DNA from: Caecitellus pseudoparvulus
Lineage: Eukaryota; Protista; Bigyra: Bicosoecida
Direction of reading: 5' to 3'
Length of the DNA: 64,000 nucleotides
NCBI GenBank assembly: GCA_965644315.1
Contig: CBFFRQ010000068.1
Location: 1,364,001 to 1,428,000, forward strand
The notes under the pieces are model-generated. The model made no database searches and was not told the DNA's origin. It was given only the letters and a program-made list of their open reading frames with translations. Shown here piece by piece: positions 48,501 to 58,724 of the stretch. Made by a program: the position numbers and the translations under genes. Every line of letters starts with the position of its first letter. Within the stretch, counting starts at the first letter, position 1.

Positions 48501-51500
48501 GGGCTTGCTGGGGCGCTGGGATTCTTTCATCCCCAGCATCGCCTGCTTCAGCTACAAGTTCGCCTGCGGTCGCAACAGCTTGCTCCGCCAGGGATGCCAC
48601 TTGCTCAGGAGAGAAGTCCTGAGAGTCTGCAGCCATCGTGGCCAGGCTCTGGAGCTGTGCAGATGCCCTGGGCTGCGCACCAGGGCTTTGGCCGCCTTGC
48701 GCAATGGCTGTCATGAAGTTCCCAACGTAGTCCATGTCCTGCGCAGAGCTAGGCTCGTTGAGGGGGCCCAACGCCGGACCATGCGTGCCTTGCAAGCTGT
48801 CTGGCGCAACAGAGGCTAGTGCTGCCTCTGCCCCCCCCTCCTGAACCAGCGCGAGATCAAGCCCCTCTATCCCCCCTTGCAAGGTTGCGGCTTGGAGTTT
48901 ATCAAGCCGCTCGCCCACGAGCTTGGCGCTGCGGTCAGCTCGAAACATGACGTCCGCCCGGATGGCTGCCTCCACTTCATCAAAATCCAAGTCTTCATCC
49001 CAATCGGGCGTAGAAGTGTTCAGGTGGCTGTCCACATCTGGTGGCGAGAAAATGTACTCGGGTAGGGGCTGCCCATCAATGGTTGCCTCAGCAGCGGCGG
49101 CGTCACCATCCATGCTCACCCCCTCGTTCACTTCCCTGGCCAGGTTATCGTCAATCACCGCAGCCATGCTATCCAAGGATGCAGGGAGGCCGAGAGCTAG
49201 GGCCAGCGCAGCTTTCGCAGCGGCATTATCCCCTGGAGCAGCAGCAGCTGCTTTGAGGAAATCAAGAGTATCGCTCTCTCTTGCCACATCACCCTGCCCC
49301 AGCAACAGCTCCATGTTGCGGCTGTCTGCGGCCAAGTCCCGTTCCTCTCTGGAGTGCGGGACCCAGCCCATGAGCCCGTCACTCTCCTCGCCTGAAGATG
49401 CTGCCCCGTCGCCTAGAGCGACTGCGCCGCCCCCTGGCAGCTGACTTGGGTCCTGCCGAGCCGTCAAGCTGCAACTGGAACTTGCGAGGGACTGTAGCAG
49501 TGCGCCAACATCACCGCCAGTTGCTTGGGCTGACAAAGCAGTGGCATGGAGCATGGCCAAGGCTTCTTTTGCTGGAGCTGCGTGGTACGTGGCGGGGCCC
49601 AGCCGAGCGAGGTCGTCAGACAAGCTTCCCTCACGCACGACGACCTCGCCGTCTTGCTTCAGCGCCTGCACTTGCGCCTGCACCGCCGGCTCTGGGGAGC
49701 CGTCAACAGCTGCAGCTGCAGCGTCTAATTCAGTGAAGAGCTTCATGTCGTCCGAGATGGGAAGCCCGAGCGCGGTTCGAAACGCGACAATGTCCCGCCC
49801 AAGGCCCCTGTACCGCTCGATGCGACGCTGCACGTGCGCTTGTACCTCTTCATCTGAGTCTTCAGTGTCCGTGTCTGGCCGCCCATGCAGCAGTTCCCAC
49901 TCCATGTCAGCCACGACATCAGCCCCCACACCTTGGGCAATCAAACCGTCCCTCAGGCGCAGGTACTCCGGATGACGAAGTGCCTGCGGGTCCACCGGGG
50001 GCAACAAACCCTCTTCATCAGAGTGGGCCGCCAGACGGGGGTCGTCTTCCCCGCGCTCCATGAGCTCCTCTTCTTCTGGGGTCGTGTGGCTGGCCTTGCG
50101 TGCAAAGTAGTCTTGGAGCAAGCGAGCCGCGAGCTCCTTACGGCCCGCTGCGTCTGGTGGCACTATGAAGCGCTTGTCAGCCACTTCCACCTCCTCCGCT
50201 GGATTCAGCGCGGGGGTTCCTTCGCCCAGCAGGTGGACTCCATCAGTCGCAATGTCCACCAGGGCTGCTTGAGCTTCCTCCCCAGTCGGTGTACGAGCTT
50301 TGACATACGTCATGCCTCTGGCATACACTGACAGGAGAGTGTTGAAAGTCACTATGTCAGGCCGCACGCCCTCCTCAGACATGGACTTCATGTAGTCCTT
50401 CGCGCGGTTTACGTCACCTGACTGGGAGCAGGCAAGCAGCGCTGCGTTGTAGGTCCTGCGGTCTGGAGCCAAGCCGTGCGCCTTCATTTGCTGCACCAGG
50501 GCATGGGCTTGCTGAAACACGCCCTCTCGCATGCTGCGCGCAGCCGAGTAAATGAGGGCATTGAACGTAACATGAGTTGGCTGTACACCCGCTTGCAGCA
50601 TCTCAGTGTGCAGATTCATGGCCCTTTCGTGCCGGTCTGCACGTCCGCAAGCTGCCATCATGACGCTGAAAGCAACCGCATCTGGCTCCGCGTGGTACCG
50701 CCGCATGTGGTCCCACGTCGCCCACTGGCGATCCAGATCCCCCGCATGGTAGCAGCCAGCGAGCAAGTGTGTCCAGACATCCACTGTCACTGGCACCGCC
50801 TCGGCGTCCATGTCGTTGAGCAGGTCAAACGCGGCGTCAAGGCGACCGCTCCGGACAAGAGCGTCCATGGCAGCGCCGTAGGCGACACTGTCCGGCTGCA
50901 CCCCAGCTTTCCGCATGCTGGTCAGGATATCCACGGCCGCTTCTCCGTTACGCTGCGCCGCACAGGCTGAAATGGCTGCCGTGAACGTGTGCAGGGAGGG
51001 TGGAATCCCAGCAGAAGCCATGCTTCGGAGGACGTCCATTGCATCCCCGAACCGGCGCTGGGCCCCAAAGACACGGATGAGATAGTTGTACACCTCCTCT
51101 GATTTGGGGATACTGCCGTCTTCGAGGCCTGCCTGGATGTCCGCCGCATCCTCCTGTACCAAGCCTGCAAACAGAAGAAACGAGGTGCGGAAATTGCACG
51201 GCATCGTTCATGCCAAGGATCACACTCTACTCTGCGTTAAGGATGGCTCCACAGCACAAACACCGCCGCAACAAAAGCCATAGTATCCATCACGCACACC
51301 AGGCTGATCGCATGAAACGTACGCTGGCTCGCAGGGACAGGAGAGGTGCGCAGTGTTGCGATGGCTTGGGCCACTGCACCGTACTCTCTGAACTGCGCTT
51401 CAGCCTCCTCTGCGGTGCGGCTGGGCATGAAAATTTCTTGACAGGCCTCCTCGCGTGCTTCAACGAGGGCAGCTTGTTCAGCACGGGCTTTGCGCTCCCT

Positions 51501-51668
51501 TCGCTGGCGTTTCTTGCTCAGGTGTTTTCGCCAGTTCTTTACTCGGTCACCTTTCTGCGTTGTCCAGCGCTTCGCCGAGGGCAATGAACTATGCAAAGCC
51601 CTGGCACAGACATGTGTCAGAATCGGGTGGCACTCTTGACCGCCATTGCGTGCGGCAAGACGCCACAT
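45535..51668 (-). CDS. Pentatricopeptide repeat protein, mitochondrial, with a split PPR array; 5' exon joins (51160-51300) unresolved
   Basis: Classic P-type PPR repeats (VYNYLIRVFG, TFTAAISACA, AYGAAMDAL, TFNALIY, TYNAALLAC, TFNTLL) plus C-terminal repeats (TLNTMVQMFARAG). Upstream exon MWRLAARNGG...ARALHSS is presequence-like. Confidence 0.88.
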
Positions 51669-52077
51669 GGCCCCCCCGAGTGGATAGCTCGCATGCACGA
51701 TCGCACGCCACGTCACGCTGCTGGCTGGACACGGCAAGCCCTTTGCAATGAAAAGCAGGAATCAACGCAATTGCGCATCTAGATTGCTGCGTGAGACCTG
51801 AGAACACGAGTCCGGATGGGGGAAATTAGTTTAGCAACTTGACTGAGTCTGGAGCGTGGAAGATGATCCTGGCTGCCAACTGGCGAGCACAGGTGCACTT
51901 ACTGGACTGATCTTTCTCGTTCTTTTGAAGTCGCTTTAAAAAACAACAACAACAAACACCCAAAAGCATCCACAGCCGAGTCCTCCAGTGGCTGCGCCCT
52001 CCTGCTGCATCTGACTGCTCCGATTCGCACAGGCACTTTGCAGTGTTGATAGGTTCATTGGACAAGCCGATTTCCGC

Positions 52078-53999
52078 ATGCGTATTGCCAGCGCGGTGGC
52101 GGCTTTGTGCTGCTGTGCTGTCGCTGGAACTACGAATGGCGCCTACTTCACTGACAGTTCCAGTGTTTCGTTTTGGGAAGCCAGTGAGCCGGTTCTGAAT
52201 TCGAGTGCTACCTGCAGAGTGCTCCTGGATGCCAGCCTTGTGGTAAGGGGTGAGCTTGGCGCAGGGATCAGCAAGGATCAGCACTTTCATGCCATCCGTG
52301 AATGCAGACGGAAGGGGAGACCACAGACCTCGTGACTGGAGCTAAGAAGCTTGGAATCAGCACAGAGTTCCTTGCCTCCGCTGCGTTTCGAGCAGTTGTG
52401 CGCAGGGCGCCGCCAAACTCCCAAACCTGGCCCGAGGCGGGCGGGTGTGGCAAAGATGCATGGACCCCCGTGCTTGCTGTGGTGCTTCGACAGCGGGAAG
52501 ATGACGTCACATGTCTAGTTTCTCCTCCGAGATCACCCCCACCTCACTTCTTGCTCGCATGTGCCTCCACCGCTGCCAACGCGACCACGATCGCGTCACT
52601 GGTGTCTGCGGGCTGCCAGGTGCACCTATCTCCCGACGGCAGTCTCCGCAGAGCGGGGAAGATCAAACGCAGCACGCTCGCAAGTGTCCAGTCTGAGAGC
52701 TTGGTCTCCCCAGCAGGTCGTGCAACGGCAGAGCGGCTTGCTGAGGACTGTGAGCACCTCGCAGCGCAGGACGCCTCCTACGCTGCTGTTGCCCAGTGCT
52801 GGCGAGGTTTGTACGAGTCCGTGAGTGTGCAAGAGCACCGCTGTCCACTGGTGAATGTCTCACGGTTGAAGCCAGGCTGGCTCCTGCGGGACATCGCCCG
52901 GGCACACACACCTGTCCGCCTGTCCAACACTGGCGTGTCCAGCTGGCCAGCACTGTCAAAGTGGTCTCTGCATCACCTGGAGCGCATCGCAGGCGACGCT
53001 CCTCTCCACGTGAAGGAAGCACCAGGAGGGGAGTTTGAAGGTTCAGAGCCAGCTGAGTGGTGGGCGTGCCCTGCCGCAGGTGCAGCGTCGTCCACCGAAG
53101 GGATGTGGCGCACTGACGAAACCGTGGAGGTGGACGCGTGCCGTGCTGCAGCCAGAGCAAGCATCCCTCAAGTCATCCAACAGCAGCTTCAGTCTCCAGA
53201 TCGCGTTGTGGCACGGCCTGCGGGGCGAGACATGCCGGCCCGCGCCTTGGTGCAGGAATTGAGGCACCAAAGCAGGCGGCGGCGGCTGAAAGGGCGTGAT
53301 CACGCCCGCGACACGTCATTGTACGTTGAGTACCTGTCCCTCTCTTCCTACCTACACCAGCTTTGGAGCGATGTTCCACTTCACGGCCCATTGGCACCCC
53401 AGGGGAATGACTCCGATCGAAGCCGCAAGCCCACAAGTCTTGAACGCGAGGTAGAGCATTTGCGACTGGCTCACAAGAACATCTGGATTGGGGACGGCCA
53501 CACCCTCGGGAAAGCACACACTGATGCGTTCGAGAACTTGCTGATTCCTGTGCGGGGCCGGAAGCGGGTGTTTCTCTTCCCACCGTACAACACTTCCTGG
53601 CTGTATCCGGGGCACATGCGAGAAGCGCAGTTTCAGCGCTCTCCCTCGGGAACGTTGCATCGAGACCCTGCAGGCCTCCAAACCTCAACATCCATTGTAA
53701 ACACGCCTGTGGACATATTGAACCCAAACTTCGGGCTGTTCCCAGCCTTCCGGGGTGCCCTTCCCTTGGCCACTGTGTGTGATGTGCAGCCTGGTGAGGT
53801 GCTGTACTTGCCCTCTCACTGGTGGCACGAAGTAGAAAGTGCCCCTGATGAAGAGCTCATAGCGGTGGGTGAAGCTGATCAGAATATTGCGGTGAATTTC
53901 TGGTACGAGCCGCTCTTTACGAGGGCAGTGCCATGCCAAGGCTGCGCCTTGGACATGGATTGGGCGTACACCGAGATGCTCGGCGCAGACTCATTGTAA
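52078..53999 (+). CDS. JmjC (cupin_8, JMJD7/FIH-like) 2-oxoglutarate hydroxylase with an N-terminal signal-peptide-like exon; intron 52243-52307
   Basis: WPALSKWS, NIWIGDG, HTDAFENL (HxD), GRKRVFLFPP, PGEVLYLPSHWWHEV, NIAVNFWY. Confidence 0.88.
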
Positions 54000-54013
54000 C
54001 TTTCCAGGAAGCA

Positions 54014-55133
54014 TCAAGCCTCCCCCCGACTGCTCTGGCGCATAAGGCTGGGGCCAGCGCCATCCTCAGGAGGCGGGATTGCAATGTCCACATCTCGGGT
54101 GCCGTTGGCGGCTGTGGGAGAGGCTGGGGGCGCTCCTGACGCCACTGCTCCGGCTGCCGCTGGCGGCGGCGCGACGAACTCGATACTGCCTTCGGAGGTA
54201 AACCTAGCCACGGGCTGGGAAGGGTCCCACTGAGCTGCAAGGTCTGCGGGAGTGGCGGCCTCAGGTGGGGGCAGGCTGGAGTCAAGCCGCGGCAGCTGTG
54301 CACCTCTCAGTCCCTTGGCGAAGTTCTCTGCAATGGCAGCCATGTACTCTTGCAAGCTTTCCCCTGCGATGAACTTAGAGTTCTTGGCCATTTCCAGGAA
54401 TTCTTCGTAATTCAGGCGATCATGCGTGGCATCCTTGCCCAGGCTGGCGAAGAGGCGGGTGACAAGGGACTTGACCTGGGCGGGGGACCGCGGCGTCTTG
54501 GTCATGCGGAACATGTTCGTGTAAAACGCCACCAATTCGCCAGCGTCCAAGCTATTGGAGCCATCAGTGTCCATGATGAACCACAGCTGCTCGAGCTTGT
54601 CTTCTGCCGAGCCCGAGAGGACCAGGGCCAGGGAGTGCATGAACTCCACGAAATCCAGCTCACCAGAGCCGTCAGTGTCCCACTGCTGAAACAGGCCAGC
54701 GATGAGAGCAGGGGACTTGATGCCCACCCGCTTCATGACGTTTTGAAACCCCATAGCGTCTAGCACCAGCACGCCATGCTCATTTGCCCGCGCAGCTTTC
54801 GTGAACTCGGCATCCAGGCGCAGAGCCTCCGACCTTGTGAACGTGTTCTCTGCCGAGGCTTCGACGATGGCATCCTGCAACCGCGACAAGTTGCTATCTA
54901 GCTCGCCCCCAGCCGTGACAGTGCGCCCATCTGCTGGCCGGAATGTGGGCTTGGGCTTGCTTGTCTGCAGGGCAGGCGTGGGAGATAATACGCCACATGC
55001 GACATCCGACGCTACCCTGGCGGGTGTGGCTCACACTCACCTCATAAACGATCACCCCTACAGTCACAAGCGCAGTCACCCCGACGGCAACCTCCACTGG
55101 GCGCTCCTTGATGATAGACACAGCAGAGCCCAT
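54014..55133 (-). CDS. EF-hand calcium sensor (calcineurin B-like/NCS-like) with an N-myristoylation motif and N-terminal hydrophobic helix; intron 54965-55040
   Basis: MGSAVS; VAVGVTALVTVGVIVY; EF loops DTDGSGELDFVEF and DTDGSNSLDAGEL; GSAEDKLEQLWFIMD resembles the CNB/CBL EEKL..F motif. Confidence 0.85.
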
Positions 55134-55150
55134 CGCGGCTTTGGGTGGGC

Positions 55151-55159
55151 AATTTCCGC
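55151..55159. promoter_or_regulatory. Recurrent motif AATTTCCGC in the divergent EF-hand/TPP1 interval
   Basis: Exact 9-mer about 17 nt upstream of the EF-hand gene ATG. Confidence 0.5.
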
Positions 55160-55429
55160 ACAGCACCACTGTCCGGACAGCGCGCTTGGTCGCTGATCAG
55201 CTGGTTGCAGTCGCGCATCAGGGGAATCATCAGGTGGAGGAAGTGTGTGAAGAATTGGCCTGCGCGCTCAGATCGCTTGGTCTTGCCTGGGACAGCTTGG
55301 ATAGGCGCCCGCCTTTGTGGGGTTGCAAACACGGTAGGTGAAGTCAGTCTCGACGCTAGGACAATTTCAAAACTCCCACCTCCATTCCGTAGCACTCGCA
55401 TGTCTGCCTGTGCTCTTACGTGCTCTACA

Positions 55430-57497
55430 ATGAAGTCCGTCGCCGCGCTGCTGCTGGCGGCAGCTGCCGCTTTCGCGGCAAGCTCCGCCGTGCCACCCTC
55501 CGCAAAGTGGACGGTGGCTGGCACCAGCCAGGACACCGAGCAGGTCACCTTCTCTCTGGCCCTGCCCATGCAAAACTTGGATCAGTTGAACGCCGTGTTC
55601 AACGCTGTGTCTGACCCTGACAGGTTCGTGCGCAGTGCCTCGCAGACGATCCCGCTTTCCTTGCACTGACACAAGCTTGTGCTCCTGCCTTGCAGCCCTC
55701 AGTACGGCAAGTACCTTTCCCGTGATGAGGTGAACAAGATGACAGCTGCACCTAAGGAGCTGCGGGACGAGGTCATCGCCACCATGACTGCTGCTGGCGT
55801 GACTTGCGTTGAGAAGACGGGGGATTCCGTCATCTGCACTGCACCTGTGGCCAAGGTCAACGCCCTGCTCAAGACCAGCCTGACTGCTTACAAGCACAAG
55901 GAGACTGGGGCCTTGTTCCATATGGCTGATGGCTCCCACACCTTCCCCGAGTCCCTCGTCGGTGCGTGTGCGCTCCTTTTGCCATGGGGCTTCGCGGAGC
56001 TCCACCCTGGTGCGGCGCTATGCCACCACGCCTGCCCCTCCCTCACCATCTTCCCCTGACTCTGTGCTCGCAGGCAAGGTTAACTTCATCTCAGGCCTTA
56101 GCATGCTGCCCGCTGAGCACTATGGGCGCAGCCAGGTTCTGGACTTGGGCGGCTCCTCTTCCACTGGCGCCCCTCAAGGCTCCAAGCTGGCCGTGGTGCC
56201 TGAGACGCTGTCTGCTCTGTACAACCTGGACGCCGGCAAGGGCTCATCTAAGGTAACACAGGGCGCTGTCGAGTATCAGGGTGCCCCTGCTTGGTCAGAG
56301 AGCGACTTGAAGACCTTCATCTCCAACACGGGTGTGCCTGCGTTTGACGTCTCTCACACCGGTCCTTTCAACACTCTGCAACCTTTCGCGGAGTCCACCC
56401 TGGACATCCAGTACCTGGGGGCAGTGGGGACTGGCAACACCAACAACTATTTCACCACCTCCACGTGGATGTACGACTACGCCAACGAGGTCTTGGCTGG
56501 CACCTTCACAGCTGACGTGCAGAGCTCAAGCTACGGTTACCGTGAGGACCAGAACTGCGTCATCTCCCCCGAGTCCAAGCCTTGCGCCAACGGTGGGGTG
56601 ACTGCCTACATCAACACGACCAATGCTCTCTTCCAGAAGGTGGGCGCCACAGGCATTACCCTCGTCGTGGCTGCTGGTGACGCAGGCGCGCACGGCCGGG
56701 AGGATCCCAGCTGCATTTCCGGCAAGACCAACCCCGACTTCCCTGCATCCTCCCCCTACGTGACCTCTGTCGGTGCCACTCAGCTGAGCACCGATGCTGC
56801 ATCCAGCGGCGCCAAGTCCCCCATCTGCCAGAGTGAGCTCAAGTGCGCCACGTCCGGATCCGAGCAGGTGTGCTCTTACGGCACTGGTGCCCTCATCACA
56901 TCCGGTGGCGGCTTCTCACTGTACGCTGACCGCCCCTCTTATCAGAGTGCTGCAGTGGAGGCATACCTCAAGGTGCCCGGTGCCACTCCTGCTGTCGGCG
57001 ACTTCAACGCCAAGGGCCGTGCTTACCCTGACGTCGCTGCTCTCGGTCATGCCTACTACATCGAGCTCCAAGGCCAAGCTGTTGCAGTGGACGGCACCTC
57101 CTGTGCTGCACCCGTCTTCTCTGGTGTCTTGGGCCTGCTCAACGCCTACCGTGTGGAGTCAGGCGGCGCCAAGCTGGGCTTTGCGAACCCCCTCTTGTAC
57201 AAGATGGCTGCTGAGCACCCTGCTGCTTTCCAGGACATCACTGTTGGCTCCAACAAGTGCACGTCTTTCCTCTGCGAGGGCTGCACTGGCTTCGAGGCCG
57301 CCAAGGGCTGGGATGCTGCCACGGGCTTCGGCACACCAAACTTGAAGGAGATGCTGGCGTACCTGCAAGCAAAGGACGGCCTCGCCCCAGCCTCTGATGC
57401 GATCCTGGATGCTGCCGCCAAGATGCAGGAGAAGATTAACAAGATGGTCAAGCCAGCCCTTCGGGGAGTGGAGGGCCTCCTGCGCCGCGACAACTAA
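55430..57497 (+). CDS. TPP1: Tripeptidyl-peptidase 1 / sedolisin (peptidase S53) preproenzyme; introns 55624-55695 and 55962-56073
   Basis: Signal peptide, prodomain VSDPD|SPQYGKYLS, catalytic ESTLDIQY, AAGDAGA, FPASSPYVTSVG, GRAYPDVAA, GTSCAAP, GWDAATGFGTP. Confidence 0.93.
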
Positions 57498-57634
57498 TTT
57501 GCGCCGCGCCTCGGCAGCACGCCAGCACCGCCTGCTGCGCAATGCACACCAAAACACGTAGACCTAGTTTCAGCAATATCTTCACCTCTTGTCGCGCCTT
57601 GTTTATGGGGGGTAGTTAGTTGCGGGGTCCAGCC

Positions 57635-58448
57635 ATGTCCGATCAATTGCTGCATGGTGGGGTCGACGCCTCGGCGGTCCACACAGCCAGGCTCGTGCGT
57701 GGCCCCTTTGAGGAGTCCCTCACTCTTGCAAGTGTGAGAGATGAAGCTGCAGCTTTTGCAGAGCACAGAGAATGGAACCAGTTTCATACCCCACGCAATC
57801 TCGCGTTTGCTCTGTGCGGAGAGGTATGTCCTGACTCCGGTTGCTTCGTGCGCCAACGGACGGCTCAATTTCCGCTGCGCCATCGGCACGCCAACCCGCT
57901 GTCTGGGTGACGCTTGTGCAGGTCGGAGAATTGATGGAGCTTTTCCAGTGGAAAGGTGACGATAGATGCAAAGTGGGCTTGCCTTCGTGGTCTGACAAGC
58001 ACGTTGTGAAGCTAAGCGAGGTGGGTAAACCCGCGCTGCTGTGGTTGCCGAACCAGCGCACACCAGGCACGCACCCTCTTCCTTGCAGGAGCTGGCAGAC
58101 GTGTTTATCTACCTCATTCGACTGTCTCAACAATGTGACGTTGATCTTCCATCAGCCGTGCTCCGCAAGCTCAAGCTCAATGCGCTCAAGTACCCAGTAG
58201 CAGCCTCAAAGGGGCGATCGGACAAGTACACCGAGTACGAGACCCCGGCAGGGAAAATTGACAGTGCAGGGGGTGTCGTGGCTGTAGACGGATTCGGTGG
58301 CTCCTCTGATGGGCGTAGTCTGGCCGGTAGAATGCCCCAGAGCGAATCCTCGATCTCATGGGCCTGCATTGGAGCTGGTGTGCTGGCCGGAGCTGTGCTT
58401 GGTTTTGCCGGCTCCCGTTTTCTCAGGGGGGCGGCAGAAACAAAGTAG
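57635..58448 (+). CDS. DCTPP1: dCTP pyrophosphatase 1 (MazG-like) with an added C-terminal hydrophobic anchor; introns 57824-57921 and 58021-58088
   Basis: FAEHREWNQFHTPRNLAFALCGE|VGELMELFQW...|ELADVFIYLIRL...KLKLNALKYP...KGRSDKY. Confidence 0.92.
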
Positions 58449-58724
58449 GAAAGATGCAGTGCCATTTTGCTTGCGGGACTCTCAGGCGCTGAAGTGCATG
58501 CTCCGTAGTGGGTCCAGTCCCCCCTTCCAACCAACGACACATGCGCGACCAGAAGCACTTTTCAGGCCTGGTCCACTGCCAAGGAGCAACAGCATGCTTC
58601 ATGCATGCAAACCTTTTACCCTTTTTGGCACAGTTCGCACGTTTTATGTGATGTGGTGGGCTGCAGCAAGGCTTAGCTCCGGCGAAGGTATTTGAAAGGC
58701 ACAGCAGCAGTCCGCCTTGGCGCA

